Positions 9,458-19,700 of a stretch of DNA of 64,000 bases are shown piece by piece. The translations under genes and the position numbers were made by a program. Positions within the stretch are counted from its first letter, which is position 1. Each line of letters starts with the position of its first letter. The stretch comes from Telmatospirillum sp. GTDB taxonomy: Bacteria > Pseudomonadota > Alphaproteobacteria > CACIAM-22H2. The notes beneath the pieces are model-generated. The model searched no databases and was not told the origin of the DNA. It worked only from the letters and a program-made list of their open reading frames with translations. The stretch spans positions 6,645 through 70,644 of the forward strand of contig JADCGL010000039.1 in NCBI GenBank assembly GCA_020248985.1, read 5' to 3'.

Positions 9458-10279
9458 ATGATCGGGCTGGGGCGTCCCAAGGTTTCGGGGCGTTGTCTTG
9501 CTTCGTTCCTGTGTGGGGCCGACGGCACGACGCGTCTGAGCGATCTCGAACAGCGCGATCCGCTCAAATTGCTGTTTCCGGCACCGCTCGAAGAACCGCA
9601 GCCCGTCGTCGTGTTGGTCAATACCGGCGGCGGCGTGGTCGGCGGCGACGAATTGCAAACCACCATCGATGTCGGGCCAGAGGCGGCAGCATTGGTCGTG
9701 GGCCAAGCGGCCGAGAAGATCTATCGCAGCTGGGGACCTGCGGCCAATGTCGCGAACCGACTGACGGTCGGTGCGGGCGGTCGGCTCGAATGGTTTCCGC
9801 AGGAGACGATCCTTTTCGACCAAGCGCGTCTCAAGCGCCGCTTGACGGTCGATCTCGTAGCATCGGCGCAGTTTTTAGGCGGCGAGATCGTCGTTTTCGG
9901 CCGCCGCGCGCGCGGCGAAACGATCACGGGTGGGGCACTTTTCGACCGCTGGCAGCTGCGCCGCGACGGGCGCTTGCTGTGGGCCGACGCGCTGATCGTC
10001 GACTCGATCGACGATGCATTGCTCGACCGGCCGGCGTTGTTCGGCGGCGCGCGCGCCGTGGCCACGCTCGTTTGCCTGTGCGCGGACCCCGCCGCCGCAC
10101 TGGCGACAGCCCGCGAGCAGCCCGGCGTCTCGTGCGGCCTCGTCGGCGAATTGCTGGTCGTGCGCCTGCTCGATGCCGATACCGCGGCTTTGCGCGCGCG
10201 CTATGTGGCGCTGTGGGGGGCGCTGCGCGCGCGTTTGTTCGGCTTGCCGCAACGGCTGTCTCGCCTTTGGCACGTGTGA
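9458..10279 (+). CDS. ureD: Urease accessory protein UreD
   Basis: VNTGGGVVGGD, QAAEKIYRS, LEWFPQETILF, GRRARGE; first gene of the ure cluster. Confidence 0.92.
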   Translation: MIGLGRPKVSGRCLASFLCGADGTTRLSDLEQRDPLKLLFPAPLEEPQPVVVLVNTGGGVVGGDELQTTIDVGPEAAALVVGQAAEKIYRSWGPAANVANRLTVGAGGRLEWFPQETILFDQARLKRRLTVDLVASAQFLGGEIVVFGRRARGETITGGALFDRWQLRRDGRLLWADALIVDSIDDALLDRPALFGGARAVATLVCLCADPAAALATAREQPGVSCGLVGELLVVRLLDADTAALRARYVALWGALRARLFGLPQRLSRLWHV

Positions 10280-10316
10280 TGCTAGAATTTCGGCCGGAAC
10301 GTGAAGGGGGAATGCG

Positions 10317-10619
10317 ATGAATCTCAGTCCGCGCGAAAAGGACAAGCTGCTTGTCGCCATGGCGGCCCAGGTGGCGCGCCGCCGCCTGGAGCGCGGCGTG
10401 AAGCTCAACCACCCCGAGGCGGTGGCGCTGATCGCCGACTTCGTCGTCGAGGGGGCCCGCGACGGGCGCAGCGTGGCCGACCTCATGCGCGACGGCGGCA
10501 AGGTCGTCACGCGCGACCAGGTGATGGAGGGGATCGCCGAGATGATCCACGAGATTCAGGTCGAGGCGACTTTCCCCGACGGCACCAAGCTCGTCACCGT
10601 CCACAACCCGATCCGCTGA
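10317..10619 (+). CDS. ureA: Urease subunit gamma
   Basis: 100 aa, [12 protein letters not shown]...KLNHPEA...[18 protein letters not shown]. Confidence 0.98.
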   Translation: MNLSPREKDKLLVAMAAQVARRRLERGVKLNHPEAVALIADFVVEGARDGRSVADLMRDGGKVVTRDQVMEGIAEMIHEIQVEATFPDGTKLVTVHNPIR

Positions 10620-10629
10620 GGGAGGCCCC

Positions 10630-10965
10630 ATGAAACCCGGTGAGATTTTGGTGGCATCCGGCGAGATCGAACTCAATGCAGGGCGCCCGTCGGTCGCGAT
10701 GAAAGTCGCAAATTCGGGCGACCGCCCCATTCAAGTCGGCTCGCACTACCATTTCTTCGAAACCAATCCCGCCCTGCAGTTCGACCGCGACGCCGCCTAC
10801 GGCATGCGCCTCGACATTCCGGCCGGTACGGCCGTGCGCTTCGAGCCCGGGCAGACGCGCGACGTGGCCCTTGTGGCCTATGCGGGTGCGCGCATCGTGC
10901 ACGGGTTCCGCGGTGCCGTGAACGGACCGCTCGTGCGCGGCAAATCCAAGAAGCGGGGGAAATAG
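10630..10965 (+). CDS. ureB: Urease subunit beta
   Basis: [32 protein letters not shown]. Confidence 0.98.
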   Translation: MKPGEILVASGEIELNAGRPSVAMKVANSGDRPIQVGSHYHFFETNPALQFDRDAAYGMRLDIPAGTAVRFEPGQTRDVALVAYAGARIVHGFRGAVNGPLVRGKSKKRGK

Positions 10966-10966
10966 C

Positions 10967-12676
10967 ATGTCGTTCCGGATTTCGCGCGCGGCCTATGCCG
11001 GCATGTACGGCCCCACGACGGGCGATCGCATTCGCCTTGCCGACACCGATCTCGTGATCGAGGTCGAAAAGGATCTCACGACCTACGGCGAAGAAGTGAA
11101 GTTTGGCGGCGGCAAGGTCATTCGCGACGGCATGGGGCAAAGCCAGCGCAGCCGCCGCGAGGGGGCGGTCGATACCGTCATCACCAATGCCGTGGTGCTC
11201 GATTGGTGGGGCATCGTCAAATGCGACATCGGCCTCAAGGACGGAAAAATCGCAGCACTCGGCAAGGCCGGCAATCCGGATATCCAGCCGGGTGTGGATA
11301 TCGTGATCGGCCCCGGCACGGAAGTGATCGCGGGCGAGGGGCGCATCGTCACGGCCGGCGGCATCGACTCGCACATCCATTTCATCTGCCCGCAGCAGGT
11401 CGAAGACGCGCTCTATTCGGGCATCACGACGATGCTCGGCGGCGGTACCGGCCCTGCGGCCGGTACGTCCGCCACGACCTGCACGCCGGGTCCGTGGCAC
11501 ATGCACCGCATGCTCGAGGCGGCCGAAGGCCTGCCGATCAATCTCGGCTTTTTCGGCAAGGGCAATGCCTCGGCGCAAGCGCCGATGGTCGAAATGGTGC
11601 GTGCGGGTGCGTGCGGCATGAAGCTGCACGAGGATTGGGGCACGACCCCCAACGCCATCGACGCGTGCTTGAAGCTCGCCGAGAAATATGACATCCAAGT
11701 CGCTATCCACACGGACACGCTCAACGAAAGCGGCTTCGTCGAAGACACGATCGCCGCCTTCAAGGGCCGCACGATCCACGCCTTCCATACCGAAGGTGCA
11801 GGCGGGGGCCATGCGCCCGACATCATCAAGGTCGTGGGGCTGCCCAACGTGCTGCCGTCCTCGACCAATCCCACGCGGCCCTTCACGGTCAACACGATCG
11901 ACGAGCATCTCGACATGCTGATGGTGTGCCACCATCTCGATCCGCGCATCCCTGAGGACGTGGCGTTCGCCGAAAGCCGCATCCGCCGCGAGACGATCGC
12001 CGCCGAAGACATTTTGCACGATCTCGGTGCGATCTCGATGATGAGCTCGGACAGCCAAGCGATGGGACGCATCGGCGAGGTGATCACGCGCACTTGGCAG
12101 ACCGCGCACAAGATGAAGCAGCAGCGTGGCCGCCTCGAAAGCGAGACGGGCGACAACGACAACCAGCGCGCCAAGCGCTATCTCGCCAAATACACGATCA
12201 ATCCGGCGATCGCGCAGGGCATCTCGCGTTATGTGGGCTCGATCGAGAAGGGCAAATACGCCGATCTCGTGATCTGGCAGCCTGCGTTTTTCGGCGCCAA
12301 GCCCGAAATGATCCTCAAATGCGGTTCGATCGCGGCGGCTCCGATGGGCGATCCCAACGCCTCGATCCCCACGCCGCAGCCCGTGCATTATCGGCCGATG
12401 TTCGCCTCGTTCGGCAAGGCGCTGGCGTCGTCGAACCTGACCTTCGTGTCGAAGCTCGCCCACGAGGACGATATCGGCCGCAAGCTCGGTCTCGGCCGCC
12501 ATGTTCTGCCGGTTTCCAACACGCGCAAGATCGGCAAGAAGAACATGCGCCACAACGACGCTACGCCCGAGGTGGAAGTCGATCCCGAAACCTACGAGGT
12601 GCGCGCCGACGGCAAGCGCATCACCTGCGAGCCCGCCACGTCGCTGCCGTTGGCGCAGCGCTACTTCTTGTTCTGA
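10967..12676 (+). CDS. ureC: Urease subunit alpha
   Basis: 569 aa, [53 protein letters not shown]. Confidence 0.99.
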   Translation: MSFRISRAAYAGMYGPTTGDRIRLADTDLVIEVEKDLTTYGEEVKFGGGKVIRDGMGQSQRSRREGAVDTVITNAVVLDWWGIVKCDIGLKDGKIAALGKAGNPDIQPGVDIVIGPGTEVIAGEGRIVTAGGIDSHIHFICPQQVEDALYSGITTMLGGGTGPAAGTSATTCTPGPWHMHRMLEAAEGLPINLGFFGKGNASAQAPMVEMVRAGACGMKLHEDWGTTPNAIDACLKLAEKYDIQVAIHTDTLNESGFVEDTIAAFKGRTIHAFHTEGAGGGHAPDIIKVVGLPNVLPSSTNPTRPFTVNTIDEHLDMLMVCHHLDPRIPEDVAFAESRIRRETIAAEDILHDLGAISMMSSDSQAMGRIGEVITRTWQTAHKMKQQRGRLESETGDNDNQRAKRYLAKYTINPAIAQGISRYVGSIEKGKYADLVIWQPAFFGAKPEMILKCGSIAAAPMGDPNASIPTPQPVHYRPMFASFGKALASSNLTFVSKLAHEDDIGRKLGLGRHVLPVSNTRKIGKKNMRHNDATPEVEVDPETYEVRADGKRITCEPATSLPLAQRYFLF

Positions 12677-13125
12677 TGCGCGCGTTGGCGGTCGAACCGG
12701 CGGGGCGTTGGGACATGGCGCTGAAGGCAGGCCACGTGACGCTTGCGTCGGACGCGCGCCATCGTCGCCGTCTGGCGATGCGCGCCGACGAGGGCTTCGA
12801 ATTCCTGCTCGATCTCGTGCACGCAACGCATCTCAAACAAGGCGACGGGCTGGCCCTCGACGACGGGCGCTATGTGGAAGTGCGCGCGGCATCCGAACCG
12901 GTCATCGACATTTCGTGTGCGGATGCGAGCCATCTCGCACGGCTTGCCTGGCACGTCGGCAATCGGCATTTGGCGGTGCAGGTGCTACCCGGCGGCACGT
13001 TGCGGCTTGCTGCCGACCATGTGATTGCCGATATGGCGACCGGGCTTGGGGCAACGGTGCGCCAGCACGCAGCCCCGTTCGATCCCGAGCCCGGCGCTTA
13101 CGCGAGCCACGCCCATGGCAGCTGA
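12676..13125 (+). CDS. ureE: Urease accessory protein UreE
   Basis: ATG overlaps the ureC TGA. RHRRR, LARLAWHVGNRH, PFDPEPGAY; only a short His tail (SHAHGS). Confidence 0.92.
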   Translation: MRALAVEPAGRWDMALKAGHVTLASDARHRRRLAMRADEGFEFLLDLVHATHLKQGDGLALDDGRYVEVRAASEPVIDISCADASHLARLAWHVGNRHLAVQVLPGGTLRLAADHVIADMATGLGATVRQHAAPFDPEPGAYASHAHGS

Positions 13126-13801
13126 CGGGTTGCTGAAGCTTCTGGCGTGGCTGTCGCCGTCCTTCCCAGTCGGCGCGTTCGCCTACAGCCACGCGCTCGA
13201 AGCGGCGATCGACGAAGGGTTCGTCGCCGATCGTGCATCGCTTCAAGCTTGGATCGAGGACCTGCTCGACCACGGCAGCCCGCGCGCCGACAGCGTGTTT
13301 TTCATGTGCACGCATCGCGCCGTAGCGGCTGGCGAGGATGCCGCGTTTCAAGAAGTCGCTGAATGGGCCGCTGCGATGCGCGGAACCGGCGAATTGGCGC
13401 TTGAGTCGATCCAGCAGGGCGAAAGCTTCCTGCGCGCGATCGGCGATGCGTGGCCGGTCGAGATCGCGATCTGGCGCGAACGGCTCGCCGCGGCCGAGAT
13501 CCGCCCCGCTTATCCGGTCGCCGTCGCCTGCGCCGCTGCCGTCGCTAGGATCGACGCAACCCCGGCGTTGGCGGCTTATTTGCACGCGTTTGCTGCCAAT
13601 CTCGTGTCGGCGGCGGTTCGCGCGATCCCGCTTGGTCAGACCGACGGCCAACGCGTTCTTGCCGCCGTCGAATCCGCCGTCGCAAAAGCTGTTGCGGCCG
13701 CACAAACGCGCACGCTTGAGGACGCAGGGACGGCAGCCCCCGCCCTCGACGCGCTCTCATTTCGCCATGAAACCCAATATTCGAGGTTGTTCAGATCATG
13801 A
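13115..13801 (+). CDS. ureF: Urease accessory protein UreF
   Basis: [38 protein letters not shown]. Confidence 0.96.
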   Translation: MAADGLLKLLAWLSPSFPVGAFAYSHALEAAIDEGFVADRASLQAWIEDLLDHGSPRADSVFFMCTHRAVAAGEDAAFQEVAEWAAAMRGTGELALESIQQGESFLRAIGDAWPVEIAIWRERLAAAEIRPAYPVAVACAAAVARIDATPALAAYLHAFAANLVSAAVRAIPLGQTDGQRVLAAVESAVAKAVAAAQTRTLEDAGTAAPALDALSFRHETQYSRLFRS

Positions 13802-14427
13802 CAGGACCCCTTCGCGTCGGTATCGGCGGGCCGGTTGGCTCGGGCAAAACGGCGTTGGTCGATGCGCTATGCAAACATTTGCGCGACGTGCTCGAAGTCG
13901 CTGCGATCACCAACGACATCTACACCAAGGAAGACGCGCAGTTCCTGACGCGCTCGGGCGCTCTCGACCCGTCGCGCATCATGGGCGTTGAAACGGGCGG
14001 CTGCCCGCACACCGCCATTCGCGAAGACGCGTCGATGAACCTCGCGGCCTGCGCCGAAATGACCGCGAAATTCCCCGGGCTCGAATTGCTGTTCGTCGAA
14101 AGCGGGGGCGACAATCTCGCTGCGACGTTTTCGCCCGAGCTTGCCGACATCACGCTCTACGTCATCGACGTGTCGGCCGGCGACAAAATCCCGCGCAAAG
14201 GTGGGCCCGGCATCACGCGCTCGGATCTGCTGATCATCAACAAGATCGATCTTGCCCCTTACGTGGGCGCGTCGCTCGAGGTGATGGACCGCGACGCGCG
14301 CAAAATGCGCGGCGACCGGCCCTTCATCTTCGCGCAGATCAAGGCCGGCAAAGCGGTCGCGGAAATCGCGGATTTCATCTGCCAGAAAGGCGGGCTCAAG
14401 CCGCGCCCGCGGGCGGCGGCGCAATAA
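13798..14427 (+). CDS. ureG: Urease accessory GTPase UreG
   Basis: [27 protein letters not shown]. Confidence 0.98.
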   Translation: MTGPLRVGIGGPVGSGKTALVDALCKHLRDVLEVAAITNDIYTKEDAQFLTRSGALDPSRIMGVETGGCPHTAIREDASMNLAACAEMTAKFPGLELLFVESGGDNLAATFSPELADITLYVIDVSAGDKIPRKGGPGITRSDLLIINKIDLAPYVGASLEVMDRDARKMRGDRPFIFAQIKAGKAVAEIADFICQKGGLKPRPRAAAQ

Positions 14428-14944
14428 CCGTCGGGCCGTTTTCGACCGCGACGATGCCGCAATCGCCTGGCGTGCCGTCTTCCCACATCAACAGGGAAAA
14501 CACGCCGGCACGCTCGAGGGCGATCAGCGGAAAATGCCACGTGCCCGCCTTGTAGTTGATGCCTTGGCCCGGCCCGCCGACAAAGGCGCGCAGATTTGCG
14601 ATGTCGGGGGCACCGTCCGGCAGGGTTGGTGCGACGATCGTCAAAAACCGCGCGACATCGAGGGCGACAGACGCCTGCGAGGAAAATTCGTGGCGTTCCA
14701 TCATGTCGATCCGGTAGGGGCCCGTCGACGCTGCGACCTGCACGACGGCAAGGTTGGGTTTGGCGCCGTCGCCGCGCGCATTTTGGAGCGTGGCAGTATG
14801 GTCGAACCGAAGCTGGGCGCCGAAATCGGACGGCCGACCGCCGCCTTTCGGCAGGGCAACCAATTGGCCGAACGGCGCGAAGGCCGCGGCCGTCAACGGT
14901 TGGGCAACGATAGGGCCTGGCTCTTGCATCTCTGGGTCTTGCAT
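14396..14944 (-). CDS. allA: Ureidoglycolate lyase (AllA family); start 14944 or 14929
   Basis: [26 protein letters not shown]...[12 protein letters not shown]. Confidence 0.8.
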   Translation of the reverse strand: MQDPEMQEPGPIVAQPLTAAAFAPFGQLVALPKGGGRPSDFGAQLRFDHTATLQNARGDGAKPNLAVVQVAASTGPYRIDMMERHEFSSQASVALDVARFLTIVAPTLPDGAPDIANLRAFVGGPGQGINYKAGTWHFPLIALERAGVFSLLMWEDGTPGDCGIVAVENGPTVIAPPPAGAA

Positions 14945-15005
14945 CCTGGACGTCACCAATGCATGGATGGGGCCAACAGCTCAACTTCCCCCCTGTGGAG
15001 CGACG

Positions 15006-16244
15006 ATGCGCGCGTCTGATAAAATCAACGAAACCCGCCTGTGGCAGCGCCATGTCGATATGGCCCAGCTCGGCGGCTTGCCCAAAGGCGGGGTCAATCG
15101 CCAAGCTCTGTCGGCCGAAGATGCGGCGGCACGCCGTCTTTTGGGGCAATGGGCACAAGCGCGCGGCTACGACGTGTTCAGCGATCCCATCGGCAATTTG
15201 CATGTGCGCCGGGCGGGTACCGAAAACGACGCTGCCCCTGTGCTGACCGGTTCGCATATGGACAGCCAGCCCACGGGCGGCAAATACGACGGCATGTACG
15301 GCGTGCTGGCGGGTTTCGAAGCGCTTGAAGCGCTCGACGATGCCGGCATTCGCACCAAGCGGCCGGTCGGCGTGGTCGCGTGGATGAACGAAGAGGGCAG
15401 CCGCTTCCAGCCGGGTGCGATGGGCTCGGCCGTGTGGGCCGGGCACTACGATCTCGAACGCATGCTCGCGGTCGAAGACCGCGCCGGCGTTAAACTCGCC
15501 GATGCGCTTGCGCAAACGCTCGTCGCGGCCCCATGCCGCACCGTCGGCGAATTCGACCGGCGCTTCCATGCCTATATCGAGGCGCATATCGAGCAAGGCC
15601 CGCGTCTGGAAGCGGAAGCCAAAACGATCGGCGTGGTGACCGGCATCCAAGGCTCGCAGCGCTACACGATCGACATTTTCGGCGAGGAAGCGCATGCGGG
15701 CACCACGCCGCTGCGGTCCCGCAAAGACGCGCTCAAGAGTGCCGTTGCCGCGATCGAGGCGCTCGAGCGGCACATGCACGATCCAGCCGACATCGTGCGC
15801 TTTACGGTCGGCCGTTTCGAATGCCGGCCCGGTTCGCCCAACACGGTGCCGGGGCAGGTGCATTTCACGATCGATTTCCGCCATCCGGAAAGTGCGGTCC
15901 TCGCGCGCCTCGGCGACGCGATCGACAAGGTCGTGCAGGCGAGCGTCGGGCCGTGCACGGCCAAGGTCGAGCGGGTCGTGAATGTTGCGCCGACGGTGTT
16001 CGACGCCAAGATCGTCGATCGCGTGCGCGAAGCAACGGTCGAGCTCGGCTTGCCGCACATGGACATGCCGTCCGGTGCCGGGCACGACGCGATGCATGTG
16101 GCGCCCTTGGGGCCCGCCGGCATGATCTTCGTGCCGTGCGTACGCGGCATCAGCCACAACGAGGCGGAAGCGGCGAGCCCAAGCGATCTTGCGGCCGGTG
16201 CGCGCGTGCTGGCCGACTGCTTGCACGCACTCGCCGATTCCTGA
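15006..16244 (+). CDS. M20 Zn-dependent amidohydrolase (allantoate amidohydrolase / N-carbamoyl-amino acid hydrolase / beta-ureidopropionase family)
   Basis: GSHMDSQPTGGKYDG, NEEGSRF, EAHIEQG, HAGTTP, SGAGHDA, GISHNEAE; GGAG SD upstream of ATG 15006. Confidence 0.9.
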   Translation: MRASDKINETRLWQRHVDMAQLGGLPKGGVNRQALSAEDAAARRLLGQWAQARGYDVFSDPIGNLHVRRAGTENDAAPVLTGSHMDSQPTGGKYDGMYGVLAGFEALEALDDAGIRTKRPVGVVAWMNEEGSRFQPGAMGSAVWAGHYDLERMLAVEDRAGVKLADALAQTLVAAPCRTVGEFDRRFHAYIEAHIEQGPRLEAEAKTIGVVTGIQGSQRYTIDIFGEEAHAGTTPLRSRKDALKSAVAAIEALERHMHDPADIVRFTVGRFECRPGSPNTVPGQVHFTIDFRHPESAVLARLGDAIDKVVQASVGPCTAKVERVVNVAPTVFDAKIVDRVREATVELGLPHMDMPSGAGHDAMHVAPLGPAGMIFVPCVRGISHNEAEAASPSDLAAGARVLADCLHALADS

Positions 16245-17144
16245 TCAGAAATCGACGAAGTTCCAATCGACGGTTTCGCGCGCCATGTCGATGAAAGCGC
16301 GCACCTTCGAGGGAACATACGGGCTTGCCGGATAGACGATCTGGATCGGCAGCGCTGCCGGTTCGAAGTCCGCGAGCACGATGCGCAGGCGGCCCGCACG
16401 CACGGCTTCGGCCGCCTGATAGGCGAGCACCACCGTCAGTCCGCCGCCGCGCTCGGCATGCCAAAGCGCCGCATCGGCGCTGTTGGTGGTGTAGCGCGGC
16501 GCGATCGCCAGCCGCTTCTCGCGCCCGTCTTCGGCAAAGCGCCATTCATTGACGCCGCCGAGTGCGGAGAAGCGCACAAGGCGATGCTGGGCGAGGTCGG
16601 CGGGCGTTTGCGGCGTGCCGTGCGCCGCGAGATAGGCAGGTGCTGCGACGGCAACGCGCCGCGTACTGCCGAGTTTGCGCACGACGAAACTCGAATCGGC
16701 GAGCGTGCCGATGCGCACGGCAAGGTCGATGCCGTCTTCGACGAGATTGACCATGCGGTCCGACAGCATCAACTCGCCGCTCGCTTTGGGGTAGCGCTCG
16801 AGAAAGCTGCACATCAGCGGGCCCACATGCAGCCGGCCGAACATTGCCGGTGCTGTCGCGGACAGGCGGCCCGACGGTTCGTCGCGTTCGGCCCGTGCCA
16901 TCTCGTCGGCCTCGGCAAGGTCGGCAAGCACGCTGCGTGCGCGCGCCAGATAGCGCTCGCCCGCGTCCGTTGGCGTTACCGAGCGCGTCGTGCGTTGCAG
17001 CAGGCGCACGCCGAGGCGCGTCTCCAAGGCCGCCACGGCACGCGTTGCGGCCGACGCGGAAACGCCCAGACGCCGTGAAGCCGCGGCAAAGCTCTTGAGC
17101 TCTGCGACGGCGACAAAGGCGCTGAGATCTTCAAAGCGATCCAT
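16245..17144 (-). CDS. LysR family transcriptional regulator (CrgA/DmlR-like)
   Basis: HTH SFAAASRRLG...LETRLGVRLLQRTTRS, NLVEDGIDLAVRIG, KVRAFID. Confidence 0.95.
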   Translation of the reverse strand: MDRFEDLSAFVAVAELKSFAAASRRLGVSASAATRAVAALETRLGVRLLQRTTRSVTPTDAGERYLARARSVLADLAEADEMARAERDEPSGRLSATAPAMFGRLHVGPLMCSFLERYPKASGELMLSDRMVNLVEDGIDLAVRIGTLADSSFVVRKLGSTRRVAVAAPAYLAAHGTPQTPADLAQHRLVRFSALGGVNEWRFAEDGREKRLAIAPRYTTNSADAALWHAERGGGLTVVLAYQAAEAVRAGRLRIVLADFEPAALPIQIVYPASPYVPSKVRAFIDMARETVDWNFVDF

Positions 17145-17148
17145 ATTG

Positions 17149-17163
17149 TTGCACCTTATGCAA
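17149..17163. promoter_or_regulatory. Probable LysR recognition site (T-N11-A dyad)
   Basis: TTGCA-CCTTA-TGCAA palindrome just upstream of the lysR start, between divergent genes. Confidence 0.55.
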
Positions 17164-17265
17164 TTAACTACGTCATAATCTCTATATTATCACATTATTC
17201 GAAAGAGCGCATCGTCTGGGTGTCGGCGGGTATCGGACCCGCAACAAACCATCGGAGAAGATGCC

Positions 17266-17817
17266 ATGCCGCGTATTGCCCCAACCGCCTCGATCGAAGC
17301 CTCGCCCGCCGCCGCCCAACCCGGCCTTAAGGCCGTGAACGGCAAGTTGGGCTCGGTCCCCAACCTGTTTCGCGTTCTGGCCAATGCGCCGGCCGCCTTG
17401 GATGGCTATCTCGGCTTTTCGGGCGCGCTTGGTGCGGGCACGCTCGACATCAAAACCCGCGAAGCGATCGCGCTGACCGTCGCTGAGGCGAATGGCTGCG
17501 GCTATTGCCTTGCGGCACACAGCTACATCGCGGCAAAAATGGCCAAGATCAGTGCCGACGACATCGCCAAGGCGCGCACGGGCCATGCCTCGGACGCCAA
17601 GACCGACGCAGCACTCGTTTTCGCCAAGAAAATCGTCGAAGCGCGCGGCCATGTGGCCGAAAGCGATCTGGCGGCCGTGCGCGCAGCGGGCTTCGACAAT
17701 GCGGCGATCCTCGAGATCGTGGCGCATGTGGCGCTCAACACGCTCACCAACTACGTCAATGAAGTTGCGGCGACACCGGTCGACTTCCCGGCCGTCAAGC
17801 CCAGCATCGCCGCTTAA
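17266..17817 (+). CDS. AhpD/carboxymuconolactone decarboxylase family peroxidase-related protein
   Basis: EAIALTVAEANGCGYCLAAH (CxxC), VPNLFR, NTLTNYVN. Confidence 0.9.
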   Translation: MPRIAPTASIEASPAAAQPGLKAVNGKLGSVPNLFRVLANAPAALDGYLGFSGALGAGTLDIKTREAIALTVAEANGCGYCLAAHSYIAAKMAKISADDIAKARTGHASDAKTDAALVFAKKIVEARGHVAESDLAAVRAAGFDNAAILEIVAHVALNTLTNYVNEVAATPVDFPAVKPSIAA

Positions 17818-17841
17818 CCGTTCAATCCCGAGGGCCGCGCC

Positions 17842-18435
17842 ATGATCTCGAGCGACATCGCCTTTACGCCTTCCGTAAAAGCAATCCAACAGCAGAAGGG
17901 ATCGCGCGCGGCCTATCGGCGCATCGAGGAAGGGGGCGGCTGGCAGACGGAAGTCACGGCCGATCTGGCCGCCTTCCTCGCCGAGCAGCGCACCGCCTAT
18001 CTTGCGACGGTCAATGCCGACGGCCAGCCCTACATCCAGCATCGCGGCGGGCCTGCGGGCTTCATCCGCACGCTCGATGCGCACACGCTGGGCTTTGCCG
18101 ACTATCGCGGCAATCGGCAATTCATCACGCTCGGCAATCTAGCCGACAATCCCAAAGCGCATCTCTTCGTGATGGACTACGTGCATCGGCGGCGCGTCAA
18201 GATCTGGGGCACGCTCGAGGCGGTCGAGGGCGACGAAGCGTTTGTCAAAAGCCTGATGCCGCAAGGCTACAAGGCGACGCCTGAGCGCGCCTTGCTGTTC
18301 CACGTTGCGGCGTGGGACAGCAACTGCCCGCAGCATATTCCGATGATGATCCCGGCCGACGACGTGGCGGCAGCCTTGGCCGAGCGCGACGCCAAGATCG
18401 CCGCGCTCACGGCCAAGCTTGAGAATATGCGTTAG
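17842..18435 (+). CDS. Pyridoxamine 5'-phosphate oxidase-like FMN-binding protein
   Basis: LATVNADGQPYIQHRGGPAGF, FADYRGNRQFITLGNL, WDSNCPQHIP. Confidence 0.88.
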   Translation: MISSDIAFTPSVKAIQQQKGSRAAYRRIEEGGGWQTEVTADLAAFLAEQRTAYLATVNADGQPYIQHRGGPAGFIRTLDAHTLGFADYRGNRQFITLGNLADNPKAHLFVMDYVHRRRVKIWGTLEAVEGDEAFVKSLMPQGYKATPERALLFHVAAWDSNCPQHIPMMIPADDVAAALAERDAKIAALTAKLENMR

Positions 18436-19478
18436 GCTTTTTCGAAGCGGCGCAGTTCGGCCGCACTCAATCGCCGGTCGGCGGGCAGGCGAATCGTCAC
18501 GGCGGCACCGCCGCCGGGGCCGGCCCCCAATTCGAGCTGCCCGCCATGCAGTTCGACGTAGTGGCGTACGATCGCAAGGCTCATACCCGCGCCCGGCGTG
18601 CGCTGTAGATAGGCATTGTCCGAATTGATCTGCGGCATGCCGAGGCCGCGTTTGTCGGTGGGCGGAATGCCGGGTCCCTGGTCGCCGACCCACAGCGCGA
18701 TGCTGCCCTTGGCACCTTCGCCGAGGCCGATCGTCACCGTGCCGCCGACGGGCGAGAAGCGGATTGCGTTGGCGAGCAGATCGAGCACGGCCTTGGCGAG
18801 TTTGCGCGCATCGCCGCGCATCGGAACGGGTACATCCGGTAGGGCGCTTGCGATCTCGATGCGGCGCGATTGCGCTTCGGCGCGCATCAGATCGCGCTGC
18901 GCGCGCGCGAGGGCCGCAAGGTCGAAGGCGCTGTCGGCCATGCGCTCGCCGACACCGTCATCTTGTGCCGCTTCGAGCAGATCTTCGACGATGCCCATCA
19001 GCAGCATTCCGCCGGCCCTTATCGAGGCTGCATATTCGCGCTGGCGGTCGGTCATCGGGCCCGCCAACCCCTCTTCGAGCATTTGAGCGAAGCCAAGGAT
19101 CGCGTTCAGCGGCGTACGCAGCTCGTGGCTTGCGGTGGCGAGGAACACGTCGCCGGCGCGCAAGGCTTCCGGGTGTTGCGGGCGCAGCACCACCATATGC
19201 CCGTCGTCGCCGGAGAGCATTGCGTCGATCGTGACCATGCACAGCCGGCCCGACGCGTCCGTCAACGGCAATTCTGCTTCCGTGCCGGCGAGAATGGTTG
19301 CAACCAGCGCTTCGCTGTTGGCCCCGTTGGCGGCCAGTTCCATGATATGCGTCGGGGCGGGCCCGAAGTCGCGCGCAAAGGCGGCGTTGGCAAAAAGGAT
19401 GCGCCCGTCGCGTGCCAGTCGCACGACCGGGTCGGCCACGCGTTCTGCGAGCGCGTCAAGTGCAACCTCGACCCGCAT
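18432..19478 (-). CDS. Cytoplasmic PAS-domain histidine kinase with PleC/DivJ-type H box; start uncertain (19478-19568)
   Basis: PAS-like GRILFANAAF, H box FLATASHELRTPLNAILGF, N box LLANAIRF, G1 DQGPGI; F and G2 boxes degenerate. Confidence 0.82.
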   Translation of the reverse strand: MRVEVALDALAERVADPVVRLARDGRILFANAAFARDFGPAPTHIMELAANGANSEALVATILAGTEAELPLTDASGRLCMVTIDAMLSGDDGHMVVLRPQHPEALRAGDVFLATASHELRTPLNAILGFAQMLEEGLAGPMTDRQREYAASIRAGGMLLMGIVEDLLEAAQDDGVGERMADSAFDLAALARAQRDLMRAEAQSRRIEIASALPDVPVPMRGDARKLAKAVLDLLANAIRFSPVGGTVTIGLGEGAKGSIALWVGDQGPGIPPTDKRGLGMPQINSDNAYLQRTPGAGMSLAIVRHYVELHGGQLELGAGPGGGAAVTIRLPADRRLSAAELRRFEKA

Positions 19479-19700
19479 CGTTCTCATTTCCTGATTGCCC
19501 GCATCATTTCTGATCTGCCTGCCTTGGATGCCGACGCAAGAGCGCGCTTGCGCTGAATGCGTCGTCAATGAACCGACTCTAGCGCTATATTAGCGCTATT
19601 GTCCGTTATCATCGCAAAACACGCCGAAAACGGCAAAAGTTTGCCCGAGAAATGTGAACTTTCTATGTACGCAGCCCCGTCGAGTCCCGTCGAGGGGCAG

